This document shows, piece by piece, positions 16,994 to 26,855 of a stretch of 64,000 nucleotides of DNA; positions within the stretch are counted from its first letter, which is position 1, and each line of letters opens with the position of its first letter. The notes under the pieces were generated by a model. That model was given only the letters and a program-made list of their open reading frames with translations, was not told the origin of the DNA and did no database searches. The stretch comes from Polyangiales bacterium. Lineage in GTDB: Bacteria > Myxococcota_A > Polyangia > Polyangiales > Polyangiaceae. Made by a program: the position numbers and the translations under genes. The DNA is taken from contig JBBRNJ010000011.1 in the NCBI GenBank assembly GCA_038230375.1, positions 32,001-96,000 of the forward strand. Reading direction: 5' to 3'.

Positions 16994-18538
16994 ATGTCAG
17001 CCCCGTTTCCGACGAAGAGCCCCAAGACGGGCGAGGAGCTGTCCGCCGTCACTGCGACGCCGGCCTCCCTTGTCCCCGAGATCGTCCTCCGCGCGCGCGA
17101 GGCGCAGAAGACGTGGGCAGAGATGTCCGTTGCGGCGCGGTGTCGTCGGATCTCGAAGGTGAAGTCGCGGCTGCTCGGGCGCGCGGAGGAGATCGCGAAG
17201 GTCGTGTCCGAGGAGACAGGAAAGCCAGAGGTGGAGGCGCTCCTCTCCGAGGCGCTGCCGTCCGGTGACGTCGTGGACTACTGGACAGCGAACGCGGAAG
17301 AGATGCTGGAGTCGCTCGACGTCGAGATCGATCGCCTCGCGTACCCCGGAAAATCCGGCTGGATCCATCGCGAGCCACGCGGGGTCATTGCGCTCATCCA
17401 GCCCTGGAATTTCCCGGTCGCGCTGCCGTTGCGAACGATCATCCCCGCGCTGGTCGCGGGCAACGCCGTGGTGTTCAAGCCTAGCGAGGTGACGCCGCGC
17501 TCCGGTGAGCTCCTCGTGTCGCTGTTCAAGGACGTGCTGCCGGAGGGATTGCTCGGCCTTGTGCTGGGCGGTCGTGACGAGGGCAAGGCGCTCTGCGAAG
17601 CGGACGTGGACCTTGTGGTCTTCACGGGCAGCGTGGCCTCGGGCAAGAAGGTCGCGGCCACGTGCGCGGAGCGGCTCATCCCGTGTGCGCTGGAGCTCGG
17701 CGGGAAGGACGCGGCGATCGTGCTCGCGGACGCGAACCTGGACCGCGCGGCGAACGGCATCGTCTGGGGAGCGATGGTGAACGCGGGGCAGAACTGCGCA
17801 TCGGTCGAGCGCGTCTACGTCGACAAGAGCGTGGAGAAGGCGCTGACCGACAAGATCGTTGCCGCGGTGAAGGCGCTGCGTCCGGGCATCGACATCGGAC
17901 CCATGACGACCACGCAGCAGCGCGAGATCGTGGCGCGGCACGTGAGCGAAGCCAGGGAGAAGGGCGCAGAGATCCTTGCCGGTGGCGAGGTAGGCGAGGG
18001 CGACTACGCCTATGCGCCCACCGTGCTCTCCGTGAAGGACGAATCGATCGCCCTCATGCAGGAAGAGACCTTTGGCCCCGTGATCCCGATCGTCGGCGTG
18101 GACTCGCCGGACGACGCCGTGACACGCGCCAACGGAACGCGCTTTGGCCTGACCGCCAGCGTCTGGACGCGCAACGTGAAGAAGGGCGAGGCGCTCGGCC
18201 GACGGCTTCGCGCCGGTGTCGTCACGATCAACAACCACGCGTTCACGGGCGCGCTGCCTGGAGCGCCGTGGACCGGTGTGGGCGACTCGGGGTGGGGCGT
18301 GACGAACTCACCGTTCGCGCTCGACGCGCTCACGCGCCCGCGGTTCATCCTGGTCGACAGGAACCGCGCGAAGAAGGAGCTCTACTGGTACCCGTACACG
18401 GACACGCTCCGCGCGATCGCCGTGGCCTTCGCGAAGCTACGCGGCGGCGGGCCGTTCACCAAGCTGGGCGCCATCCTGAAGCTCCTCACGCTGCTTCCCA
18501 GACGACTCATGGGCAGCGACGCGAAGGCCGCGAAGTAG
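16994..18538 (+). CDS. Aldehyde dehydrogenase family protein
   Basis: PWNFP, KPSE, FTGS, LELGGK, NAGQNC (catalytic Cys), EETFGP. Confidence 0.95.
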   Translation: MSAPFPTKSPKTGEELSAVTATPASLVPEIVLRAREAQKTWAEMSVAARCRRISKVKSRLLGRAEEIAKVVSEETGKPEVEALLSEALPSGDVVDYWTANAEEMLESLDVEIDRLAYPGKSGWIHREPRGVIALIQPWNFPVALPLRTIIPALVAGNAVVFKPSEVTPRSGELLVSLFKDVLPEGLLGLVLGGRDEGKALCEADVDLVVFTGSVASGKKVAATCAERLIPCALELGGKDAAIVLADANLDRAANGIVWGAMVNAGQNCASVERVYVDKSVEKALTDKIVAAVKALRPGIDIGPMTTTQQREIVARHVSEAREKGAEILAGGEVGEGDYAYAPTVLSVKDESIALMQEETFGPVIPIVGVDSPDDAVTRANGTRFGLTASVWTRNVKKGEALGRRLRAGVVTINNHAFTGALPGAPWTGVGDSGWGVTNSPFALDALTRPRFILVDRNRAKKELYWYPYTDTLRAIAVAFAKLRGGGPFTKLGAILKLLTLLPRRLMGSDAKAAK

Positions 18539-18561
18539 CGGCACGTCGCGGGAGTACGCGC

Positions 18562-18954
18562 GTGACCTCGACCGATCCTTCTGGTGCATGCCCCTGCGGC
18601 GCCGGCGCGACCTACGACACGTGCTGCGGGGCGATCCATCGGGGCGCGCCCGCGAAGAGCGCGGAGGCGTTGATGCGCTCGCGCTACTCGGCGTATGCCC
18701 GAAAAGATGCAGACTACATCCTTCGAAGCTGGCATCCACGCACGCGTCCGAAGGCCATGTCGCTCGACGACGACGGCCTCACCTGGACCGGCCTCACGGT
18801 GCACGAACACCGTGTCACCGGGAAGAACAAGGCCACGGTCGAGTTCAGCGCGAGCTACCGCGGGGCGGACGGTGTCGCCGCCACACTGCACGAAAAGAGC
18901 CGTTTTCTGCGTGAGGGCAACGCCTGGCTCTACGTGGACGGCGAGCAGCGATAG
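18562..18954 (+). CDS. ychJ: YchJ-family SEC-C motif protein
   Basis: GTG start at 18562. CPCGxG..YxxCC, AEALMRSRYSAY, LHEKSRF, WLYVDG. Confidence 0.88.
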   Translation: MTSTDPSGACPCGAGATYDTCCGAIHRGAPAKSAEALMRSRYSAYARKDADYILRSWHPRTRPKAMSLDDDGLTWTGLTVHEHRVTGKNKATVEFSASYRGADGVAATLHEKSRFLREGNAWLYVDGEQR

Positions 18955-18991
18955 GTGGCCGTTCGCGCCCGAAGGTCTTATGCCTGCGCAG

Positions 18992-19711
18992 ATGAAGCGC
19001 GCGCTCAAACGGATCGGCGTGGGGGTGGCGGTGCTCGGCGCGCTTCTCGGTGGGGTCGCGTACTCGGTCTTCGGTGACAGCCGCCCCATCACGGACGGAC
19101 AACTGCTGGCGGAGGGCGTGAGCACTGTGAAGGACGGCTTCGTCTCCGTCTTCGTTCTCGACGTTGGGCCCGGAAAGGTGGCCCTCGTGGACGCAGGCAA
19201 CGACAAGGAGGGCACGGCAATCCTGGGCGCGTTGGCGAAGCGCGGGCTCACGAAGGAGAGCGTGGTCGCGATCTTCCTCACGCACGGTCATCCCGACCAC
19301 ACGGCGGGGTGCGCGCTGTTTCCGGCGGCCGAGATCTACGCGCTCGAGACGGAGCTCCCGCTGCTGGGCGACACGGTGAAGGTCACGCACCCGCTTCACG
19401 ACGGGGACCGCACGGACGTCGGCGAGCTGCACGTGGAGACATTCGCGGTGCCAGGGCACACGGCGGGGTCGGCGGTGTTCCTGTCGCGCGGCGTTCTGTT
19501 CTTCGGGGACAGCGCGGGCGCGACGTCGGCGGGGGACGTCAAGAAGGCGGTGCGACTGTTCAGCAAGGATTCGAGCCAGAACTTCGCGCAGCTGAAGGCG
19601 CTCGCTTCTAGGCTTGCGCCACGCGCGGCGGAGATCAAGGAGCTTGCGTTCGCGCACACGGGGCCGCTCGTGGGTCTGGAGCCGCTCACCCATTTCGCGA
19701 GCGCCGACTGA
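18992..19711 (+). CDS. MBL-fold metallo-hydrolase with N-terminal membrane anchor
   Basis: LVDAG, THGHPDH, PGHTAGS, FFGD. Start is ATG 18980 or 18992. Confidence 0.88.
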   Translation: MKRALKRIGVGVAVLGALLGGVAYSVFGDSRPITDGQLLAEGVSTVKDGFVSVFVLDVGPGKVALVDAGNDKEGTAILGALAKRGLTKESVVAIFLTHGHPDHTAGCALFPAAEIYALETELPLLGDTVKVTHPLHDGDRTDVGELHVETFAVPGHTAGSAVFLSRGVLFFGDSAGATSAGDVKKAVRLFSKDSSQNFAQLKALASRLAPRAAEIKELAFAHTGPLVGLEPLTHFASAD

Positions 19712-19714
19712 GGC

Positions 19715-20242
19715 CTAGTACGTGATGACGCTCTCGATGCGCGCGCCGTCGAGCTTCTTGCGGCCTTCCAGGAAAGCGAGCTCGATCACGAACGCGTAGC
19801 CGACGACCTTCGCGCCCTGCATCCGCACCAGGTCGGCTGCGGCCTTGGCCGTGCCGCCCGTGGCCAGGACGTCGTCGACGATGAGCACCTGCGCACCTGG
19901 CTTGAAGGAGCCCTTGTGGATCTCCAGTTCCGTCGTGGAGTACTCCGTGGTGTAGCTCACCTTGTCAGCGTGCGTGGGCAGCTTGCCTGGCTTGCGCGCA
20001 GGGACGAAGCCGGCATTCAGCCGCGCCGCCAGTGCTCCGCCGAAGATGAAGCCGCGCGCTTCGATGCCGACCACTGCGTCGACCGGCTGTCCGATGAAGT
20101 CTTCCGCGAGCGCGTCCAGCACGATGTGAAGCGCGCGAGCATCCGCCAGCATGGGCGTGATGTCCTTGAAGAGAATGCCCGGCGTCGGAAAATCCGGGAC
20201 GTTGCGGATGAGGGCCTTCGCGTACTCGATTCCCTTGTGCAT
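19715..20242 (-). CDS. apt: Adenine phosphoribosyltransferase
   Basis: PDFPTPGILFKDITP, EARGFIFG, RKPGKLP, VDDVLATGGT. Confidence 0.97.
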   Translation of the reverse strand: MHKGIEYAKALIRNVPDFPTPGILFKDITPMLADARALHIVLDALAEDFIGQPVDAVVGIEARGFIFGGALAARLNAGFVPARKPGKLPTHADKVSYTTEYSTTELEIHKGSFKPGAQVLIVDDVLATGGTAKAAADLVRMQGAKVVGYAFVIELAFLEGRKKLDGARIESVITY

Positions 20243-20259
20243 GGTCGACTCTCAGTCTT

Positions 20260-21036
20260 CTAGGAGTTGCGGTCCGGCTTGGTTGACGCGTGCGCGGCAA
20301 GGCGCTCGGCGAGCCCATGATCGTGCGCGTGCGTGAGATCAAGGATGAGAGACGTGAGCGACGCGACGCCTTGATCGAACACGGCCGTGTCCGTGCCCTC
20401 TTCCTGGGAGTTCGACACCGTCGGTCCGCCGATCCAGTAGTAGGCGCGCCCGCGCGGGTCCTTGCGCTCCACGATGATCTCCTCGTAGATGCGGGTGCCG
20501 AGCTTGACGGAGCGCACCTCGCCCGTCCACGGCTTCGGCACGTTGAGGGAGAGGAGCGGCGCGCGCCCGTGCGATTTGTGCGCGCACAGCGAGAGCGCCA
20601 GCTTCGATGCGACGGCGGCGACCTCCGCAAGGGCGGCCTCGTGGTGAGCGCTGACGGCCAGCGCCGGGATGTTGCGTAGCGCGCCCTCTCGCGCGGCCGC
20701 CACGGTCCCCGAGTAAAAGACGTCCTGCCCCAGGTTGAGGCCGCGGTTGATGCCGGACACCACCACATCGGGCCGGCGCGGAAGGAAGCGCGTCTCTCCG
20801 TGAAGTGCAAGATACACGCAATCGGCGGGCGTTCCGTCGACCGCCCAGATGCCGGGCTCCGCCTCGAACGCGCGCAGCGGTCGAGCCAGCGTGAGCGCGT
20901 GGCTCGACGCGCTCTGCTCGGACGAGGGCGCGACCACAACCACGTCGAACGCCTGGGCGAGCACTTCGCGCGCCGCGCGAATGCCCTTCGCGAAGAATCC
21001 GTCGTCGTTCGACAGGAGGAGGAGCGGCCGTGTCAT
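20260..21036 (-). CDS. surE: 5'/3'-nucleotidase SurE
   Basis: Start re-picked at ATG 21036. LLSNDDG, GTPADCV, SGINRGLNLG, YSGTVAAAREG. Confidence 0.96.
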   Translation of the reverse strand: MTRPLLLLSNDDGFFAKGIRAAREVLAQAFDVVVVAPSSEQSASSHALTLARPLRAFEAEPGIWAVDGTPADCVYLALHGETRFLPRRPDVVVSGINRGLNLGQDVFYSGTVAAAREGALRNIPALAVSAHHEAALAEVAAVASKLALSLCAHKSHGRAPLLSLNVPKPWTGEVRSVKLGTRIYEEIIVERKDPRGRAYYWIGGPTVSNSQEEGTDTAVFDQGVASLTSLILDLTHAHDHGLAERLAAHASTKPDRNS

Positions 21037-21058
21037 CGGCCATGTACGATAGCGCGCA

Positions 21059-23137
21059 ATGACCGCTCTCGTCCCGCCCAAGCGACGGCGCACGGATCCC
21101 ACGCAGGACACGTACTTCGGCGTCACAGTGACGGACCCGTATCGCTGGCTCGAGGACGGCGATACGCCGGAGGTGCGCGCCTTCACGGACGAGGAGAACG
21201 CACGCACCGACGCATACCTGGACGCCGTGCCTGAGCGCGAGGACCTTCGCGCACGCATCTCCGCCCTCCTCATGCTTGGCGTGACTGGCGCTCCCGCGAT
21301 GCGCGTCGATCGCAACGGGACGCGCCGCTACTTCCACATGAAGCGCACGGGCGCGCAGAGCCAGATGGTGCTCTACGTCCGCGAAGGTGTGGATGGCGTG
21401 GATCAGGTCCTGGTCGATCCCGCCGGACTGTCAGTCGACGGCACCACCGCGCTGGACTGGTGGTACCCGTCGCGCTCCGGCGAGCTCTGCGCATGGGGCC
21501 GGAGCGAGAGTGGCAGCGAAGAGAGCACGCTCTACGTCCGCGACACGCGCACCGGCAAGGATCTCCCGGACACCATCCCGCATACCCGGCATGCGACCGT
21601 GTCGTGGCTCGCGGACCAGAGCGGGTTCTTCTACACGCGCTTTCCGGAGCCGGGCTCGGTGCCCGCGGGCGACGAGAAGTACGGCTCGAAGGTGTTCTTC
21701 CACAAGCTCGGCGACGACCCGAAGAGTGATCAGCTGATCTTCGGAGAGGGACGCGAGAAGACCGACGTGCCCGGCGTGGGCGTGTCGCCGAACGGGCGCT
21801 GGGTCGTCGTCACCATCCACGAGGGGTGGGACAAGAGCGAGGCGCACGTCTGGGATCGGCAGGCTACGGGTCAAGGATCGCCACGCTTCGAGAAGGTGCC
21901 CAGTGATGGGCGCGTGCTGCTCACGCCGATCGCACGCGACGACCGGCTCTACATCCACACGAACGACGGCGCGCCCAGATATGCGCTCTACGCCGTGCCA
22001 TACGATGCGCTCGCGCGTGATCGCTGGACGTGTGTGCTGCCCGAGGGGCCCGACGTGCTGGAGGACGTGGCAGTCACCACGAAGGAGATCGTGGCCACAT
22101 ACCTGCATGATGCATCCAGTCGCGTGGAGCGCTTCACGCTCGAGGGCGACAGGATCGGCCAGGTGCGGCTGCCAGAGATTGGCACCGCAGGCGTGTCGGC
22201 CCCGCTCGAGGGCGGGGAGATCTTCGTGTCGTTCACGTCGTTCATGGTGCCGCCAGAGGTGCTTCGACTGGACACGACGCACCCCGGCGCAGAGCTCCTG
22301 GTATGGGAGCGCGTGGCGCTTGGCTTCGCGCTGCCGGACGTGGACGTTCAGAGGATGTACGCGACCAGCAAGGACGGCACCCGCGTGCCCATGTTCGTGA
22401 TCTCGAAGAAGGGACTTGCGCGCGACGGAGAGCGCCCCACGGTGCTGTACGGCTACGGCGGGTTCAACGTGAACCAGACGCCGGGCTTCTCGGCGCGCGC
22501 GCTGACCCTGGTGGAGGGTGGCGGCGTCTGGGTCTCGGCCGTCCTGCGCGGAGGCGGGGAGTTCGGCGAGGCATGGCACCGCGCCGGCATGCTGGAGAGC
22601 AAGCAGAACGTCTTCGACGATTTTTACGCCTGCGCGGAGACGCTCATCCGCGAGAAGGTGACGTGCCCCGCGAAGCTCGCGCTGATGGGAGGCTCCAACG
22701 GCGGCCTGCTCGTAGCCGTCGCGGCCACACAGCGGCCCGAGCTCTTTCGCGTGGGGCTCTCGCTGGTACCGCTCACGGACATGCTGCGGTACCACCTGTT
22801 CCGGATCGGCAAGCTGTGGGTGCCGGAGTACGGCAGCTCGGAGGACGCGTCGCAGTTCAACGCGTTGCATGCATATTCCCCGTATCACGCGGTGAAGGAC
22901 GGCGTTCGCTACCCGAGCATGCTCTTCACCACCGCGGAGAGCGACTCACGCGTCGACCCACTGCACGCGCGCAAGATGGCTGCTCGCATGCAGGACGCGC
23001 AGGGAGCCCCGTCGCATCCCATCCTCCTCCGCGTGGAGACGAAGGCGGGTCACGGCGCGGGCAAGCCGCTCGCGAAGGTCGTGCTGTCAGTGACGGAGGA
23101 GATGGCCTTCGTGCTCTCCGAGCTGGGTCGAAAGTAG
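21059..23137 (+). CDS. Prolyl oligopeptidase (S9A)
   Basis: DPYRWLED, SKDGTRVPM, YGYGGF, GGSNGGLL, DSRVDP, AGHGAG. Confidence 0.95.
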   Translation: MTALVPPKRRRTDPTQDTYFGVTVTDPYRWLEDGDTPEVRAFTDEENARTDAYLDAVPEREDLRARISALLMLGVTGAPAMRVDRNGTRRYFHMKRTGAQSQMVLYVREGVDGVDQVLVDPAGLSVDGTTALDWWYPSRSGELCAWGRSESGSEESTLYVRDTRTGKDLPDTIPHTRHATVSWLADQSGFFYTRFPEPGSVPAGDEKYGSKVFFHKLGDDPKSDQLIFGEGREKTDVPGVGVSPNGRWVVVTIHEGWDKSEAHVWDRQATGQGSPRFEKVPSDGRVLLTPIARDDRLYIHTNDGAPRYALYAVPYDALARDRWTCVLPEGPDVLEDVAVTTKEIVATYLHDASSRVERFTLEGDRIGQVRLPEIGTAGVSAPLEGGEIFVSFTSFMVPPEVLRLDTTHPGAELLVWERVALGFALPDVDVQRMYATSKDGTRVPMFVISKKGLARDGERPTVLYGYGGFNVNQTPGFSARALTLVEGGGVWVSAVLRGGGEFGEAWHRAGMLESKQNVFDDFYACAETLIREKVTCPAKLALMGGSNGGLLVAVAATQRPELFRVGLSLVPLTDMLRYHLFRIGKLWVPEYGSSEDASQFNALHAYSPYHAVKDGVRYPSMLFTTAESDSRVDPLHARKMAARMQDAQGAPSHPILLRVETKAGHGAGKPLAKVVLSVTEEMAFVLSELGRK

Positions 23138-23144
23138 GGGCCAG

Positions 23145-23771
23145 TCAGTCCACGCGGCCGCCGGTCGTGAGCTCTACGACGCGACGGAACGAGCGAGCGA
23201 GCGCGCGGAACAGCTCGTAGATCGCGGACCGTTCCGGACTGCCTTCACCAAGGGCGATCTCGTAGGTGGCGCTCGTGTCGGACTCCGCGACGCGCACGTG
23301 TGGCACCTGCGCCAGGATCGCGTTCACGGCGGCGTTGTCCTTGAGCACCTCCGCACGGAACCGGGTGACACCATGCTTCTGCGCAAGGGCGACCAGCTCC
23401 AGGAGCAGGATGCGCCCCACGCCGCAGTGCTGGAACTGGTCGATCACAGTGATGGCAGACTCTGCGACGTCGCGCTGTTCCTTCATCCGCACGAAGCGAG
23501 CCACACCGACTCCGCGCTCGGCCTTGAGATCTGGCGTGGGCAGCATGGCAACGATGGCGACGTGATCGTCCTGGTCCACGTCGGACAGCTGTGAGAGCAC
23601 TGCTTCGGAGGGCTCCAGGTGCGAGCGGAAGAACCGCCGCATGGTGGTCTCCTCCGACAGGGACTCGATCGCGCGCCGCAGCTCGTCCTTGTCGTCCTTC
23701 CGTAGCGGACGAACGATGATCCGCGTCCCGTCGGGTAGGGCGTGCGGGTGCTCCCAGTCCTGCTCTCTCAC
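23145..23771 (-). CDS. GNAT-family N-acetyltransferase (acyl-CoA synthetase-associated GNAT type)
   Basis: GTG at 23771 overlaps the upstream TGA. LPDGTRIIVRPL, LSEETTMRRFF, GVARFVR, QHCGVGRILL. Confidence 0.85.
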   Translation of the reverse strand: MREQDWEHPHALPDGTRIIVRPLRKDDKDELRRAIESLSEETTMRRFFRSHLEPSEAVLSQLSDVDQDDHVAIVAMLPTPDLKAERGVGVARFVRMKEQRDVAESAITVIDQFQHCGVGRILLLELVALAQKHGVTRFRAEVLKDNAAVNAILAQVPHVRVAESDTSATYEIALGEGSPERSAIYELFRALARSFRRVVELTTGGRVD

Positions 23772-24889
23772 GGTCCGCCTCCGCTGGCCGCGTGCGAGAC
23801 GGGCGTCTGGAGCGTGCGCGTGAAGAGGCGCTTCCCGGTGTCGTTCACGAACTCCATGGTGAGGTCTGTCTCGGTGGCCACGCCGTAGATGAACCCCAGG
23901 TCGGTGGACTGGAAGCGCGTCAGGTTGCTTCCGGGCAGCGTGGTGGCCTCCGCGCCAGTGCCGGCGACCAGGAGCTCGGTGCCGTTGCACGTGGAGGTGA
24001 GCCACTGCATGGAGTGGTCGTGCCCGCAGAGGTATGCGTCCGCGTTGCCGCAGACCAGTCCCTCCACGAACGTCTTCACGTTGATGCCGGAGAACGAAGG
24101 CGGCCGCGTGAGGCCATTGTAGCTGCCGGCGTTCCCGTGCGGACCGTTCGACATGTATGGATGATGCCCGTAGGCGAGCTTCCAGCGCGCGCGGCTCTTC
24201 TGCATGGCGGCCTTCATCTTCGCGGATTGCTCGTCGGCGCGCTCGAAATTGGCCATGTTGGTATCGAGCGCGAAGATATCCAGCGGCCCGAACGAGAGCG
24301 TGTAGAAGGCGTCGGGCATCTTCCACTTGTGTGAGCGCTTCGAGTAGAGCACCTCGTTCACGCCCCGAGCGAAATCGGTTCCAAGGCCGTCGGCACCGTA
24401 GTCATGGTTGCCGAGCACCGGATAGAACGGCACGTCGACGGGCGCGAACACCTTCTCGAAGCGCTCGACGATCAGCGGATCATCGGGCGCCGCAATCCCG
24501 CTGTTGTAGACGTTGTCGCCAAGGAGGAGCGCGAAGTCACAGCCATCCGCGGCACACTTCTTTGCGATCGCCTTCGCCACGCGACGAGCGCCATCGTTGC
24601 CCTTGCCAGTGTCACCGAGCGCGACAAAACGAACGGAGCGGGAAGGGGGAAGAGGGGAGGCGAAGGTCGAGGTCGAGGTCGAGGGCAAGGTCGAGGGCAA
24701 GGTCGAGGTCGAGGTCGAGGTCGAGGTCGAGGTCGAGGTCGAGGTCGAGGTCGTCGTCGAGGTCGTCGTCGAGGTCGTCGTCGAGGTCGTCGTCCCGGTC
24801 GTCGTCTCCCCCTCGTGCGAATCCCTGCACGCACCCCCCACGAGGGCCGCCAGCGCGACGGCGGCTCGGGCGTGCGGGGACAGTCTCAT
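23768..24889 (-). CDS. Calcineurin-like metallophosphoesterase (TRAP/purple acid phosphatase-like) lipoprotein with Thr/Ser linker
   Basis: Signal peptide with GAC lipobox. GDTG, GDNVY, GNHDY, GHHP, GHDH metal motifs. Confidence 0.9.
   Translation of the reverse strand: MRLSPHARAAVALAALVGGACRDSHEGETTTGTTTSTTTSTTTSTTTSTSTSTSTSTSTSTSTLPSTLPSTSTSTFASPLPPSRSVRFVALGDTGKGNDGARRVAKAIAKKCAADGCDFALLLGDNVYNSGIAAPDDPLIVERFEKVFAPVDVPFYPVLGNHDYGADGLGTDFARGVNEVLYSKRSHKWKMPDAFYTLSFGPLDIFALDTNMANFERADEQSAKMKAAMQKSRARWKLAYGHHPYMSNGPHGNAGSYNGLTRPPSFSGINVKTFVEGLVCGNADAYLCGHDHSMQWLTSTCNGTELLVAGTGAEATTLPGSNLTRFQSTDLGFIYGVATETDLTMEFVNDTGKRLFTRTLQTPVSHAASGGGP
24663..24806 (+). repeat. (GAGGTC)n-based simple repeat with GTCGTC/GGCAAG variants, encoding the Thr/Ser linker
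   Basis: Read directly; translates on the minus strand as TTTSTTTS...(TS)n. Confidence 0.95.
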
Positions 24890-25060
24890 ACGGACATTCG
24901 CTACGCGGGCTTCGACGTTTCGTCAACGCGAGGAGAACGGAGCATCACTTCGAGGTTGAACATGTGGACGAGCCCGAAGGGCGAGGACCTTGCGCGAGAC
25001 GCCCGACCGCAGGGAGGAAAGTCTTGAACATGTGGGTGCGTTGTTGGTATCGGAAAGGTC

Positions 25061-25585
25061 TTGAAACAGATCCTGCCGTACGAAGTCAGAACATCGAAGA
25101 TCGCCGGACGCGGAGTCTTCGCCACGCGCGCCATTCGCAAGGGCGCACGCGTCATCGAATACACGGGCGAGCGCATCACGCACCAGGAGGCCGACGTCCG
25201 GTACGACGACGAGGCGATGGCGCACCACCACACCATGCTCTTCTCGCTGGACGATGTGTGGTGCCTCGATGCCATCCGTGAGGGCAACGACGCGCGCTAC
25301 ATCAACCACTCGTGCGAGCCGAACTGCGAGGCCATCCAGGAGGGCGACCGCGTCTTCATCTTCGCCATGGTTCCGATCCGCGAAGGCACGGAGCTCACCT
25401 ACGACTACCGGTACGACTACGACGACAGCATCAGCCTGGCGAAGGCCAAGCGGGTCTATCCCTGCCACTGCGGCGTGCCCTCGTGTCGCGGAACGATCGT
25501 CAGGCGGCGCCCCGGTGAGAAGGCAGCAAAGAGCACGCGTCGCAAGAAGATCGCTCGCGGCGGCGCAGAGCTCAGCGCGCGCTGA
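25061..25585 (+). CDS. SET-domain protein-lysine methyltransferase with post-SET motif
   Basis: TTG start. GRGVFA, IEYTGE, YINHSCEPN, ELTYDY, CHCGVPSCRG. Confidence 0.92.
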   Translation: MKQILPYEVRTSKIAGRGVFATRAIRKGARVIEYTGERITHQEADVRYDDEAMAHHHTMLFSLDDVWCLDAIREGNDARYINHSCEPNCEAIQEGDRVFIFAMVPIREGTELTYDYRYDYDDSISLAKAKRVYPCHCGVPSCRGTIVRRRPGEKAAKSTRRKKIARGGAELSAR

Positions 25586-26741
25586 CGGGCAGCCTTCGTT
25601 TGCGCGACGGTAGCGCGGAGTCGGCCTGCACGAGCTGACCGCACGCGGCGTTGGCGTCGCGGCCGCGGTTCCGCCTCACGGTGCACAGTGCGCCGCGCTC
25701 GTGGAGCAGCTTCGCGAACTCCGCCGCACGGGGGCTCTCTGTATGCGCCGCGCCTTCCACGGGGTTCCACGGAATGACATTCACGATCGCCTTGAGGCCG
25801 GACGCGAAGGCCGCAAGCCGCTCCGCATCCGCGTCCGTGTCGTTCTCGCCGGCCAGCAGCACGTACGAGATGAGGAGCTTCTCGTGCGGGCGGAGCTTGA
25901 TGCGCGCGAGGACGTCACGCAGCTCCGCGAGCGACCAGCGCCTTGCGACTGGCATGATGCGGGCGCGCGCCTCGTCCGTGGTGGCGTTCATGCTGAGCGC
26001 AAGATTCGGGCGGTGCGGATCGTCTGCGAGCGCCACGAGCCCCGGCAACCAGCCGGCGGTGGAGACGGTGATGCGTGACAGCGCGATCCCGAGGCCGCGC
26101 GGGTCCGAGAGCACCCGCACGGCGGCGCGCACCTCCTCCACGTTGTGAAGCGGCTCGCCCATGCCCATGAACACCAGGTTCACGCGCCCGTACTCCGCAG
26201 GCCCCAGGGCCGCGATCACCGCAAGAACCTGCCCGACGATCTCGTGCGCCGTCAGGTTGCGCACGAGCCCCATCTTGGCGGTCGCGCAGAACGTGCAGCC
26301 CATGGCGCAGCCGGCCTGGCTCGAGATGCAGAGCGTCACGCGCGGGCTCCGCGTGTTGCGCGGCATGTGGACCGCCTCCACCCGCAGCCCGTCGTCGAGC
26401 ACGAGCGTCAGCTTCGTCGCGTGATCAGCCGAGCGCACCATCGCGTCGATCCGCGGCAGCGAGAACGAGAGCTGCTCCTCGAGGAAGGCGCGTAGCTTCA
26501 CCGCCACGTCCGGCATTCCGTCCTTGTGCGCATGCACACGCTGCAGCTTGCCGAAGATGTAGGCGGGCGAGTTCGGAGGTGACAATCGCGAGAGGTCGTC
26601 CAGGTGTAGACCGAACGCCCCAACTTTCGTACGGCCCGGCGCTTCGCTGCCACGCACAGGCTCGGACCTTGCGTAGGGGGCCGTTGCGCTGGTCTCCACC
26701 GCATGTCCCTCACGAGTTTCCGCCGCGATACGTCCGGTCAC
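25572..26741 (-). CDS. rlmN: RlmN/Cfr-family radical SAM RNA methyltransferase (start uncertain)
   Basis: CISSQAGCAMGCTFC, MGMGEPL, ITVSTAG, NAACGQL. The N-terminus is divergent, so it may be a paralog. Confidence 0.8.
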   Translation of the reverse strand: MTGRIAAETREGHAVETSATAPYARSEPVRGSEAPGRTKVGAFGLHLDDLSRLSPPNSPAYIFGKLQRVHAHKDGMPDVAVKLRAFLEEQLSFSLPRIDAMVRSADHATKLTLVLDDGLRVEAVHMPRNTRSPRVTLCISSQAGCAMGCTFCATAKMGLVRNLTAHEIVGQVLAVIAALGPAEYGRVNLVFMGMGEPLHNVEEVRAAVRVLSDPRGLGIALSRITVSTAGWLPGLVALADDPHRPNLALSMNATTDEARARIMPVARRWSLAELRDVLARIKLRPHEKLLISYVLLAGENDTDADAERLAAFASGLKAIVNVIPWNPVEGAAHTESPRAAEFAKLLHERGALCTVRRNRGRDANAACGQLVQADSALPSRKRRLPVSAR

Positions 26742-26855
26742 GATGCCTGTCCTTCGCGAAAGTGAAACGCCGGCTTTCGAACCTGAAAGGCTACGACGCA
26801 GTCGGTCGTCTCGACGCGCTGTGTTGAGTGTCGTTGCTAGTAGCAGCAGAGCCGG

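Noticed and set aside
25572..26741. Cfr-type antibiotic resistance methyltransferase
   Set aside because: The visible motifs are shared by RlmN and Cfr, there is no mobile context, and a phylogeny would be needed.
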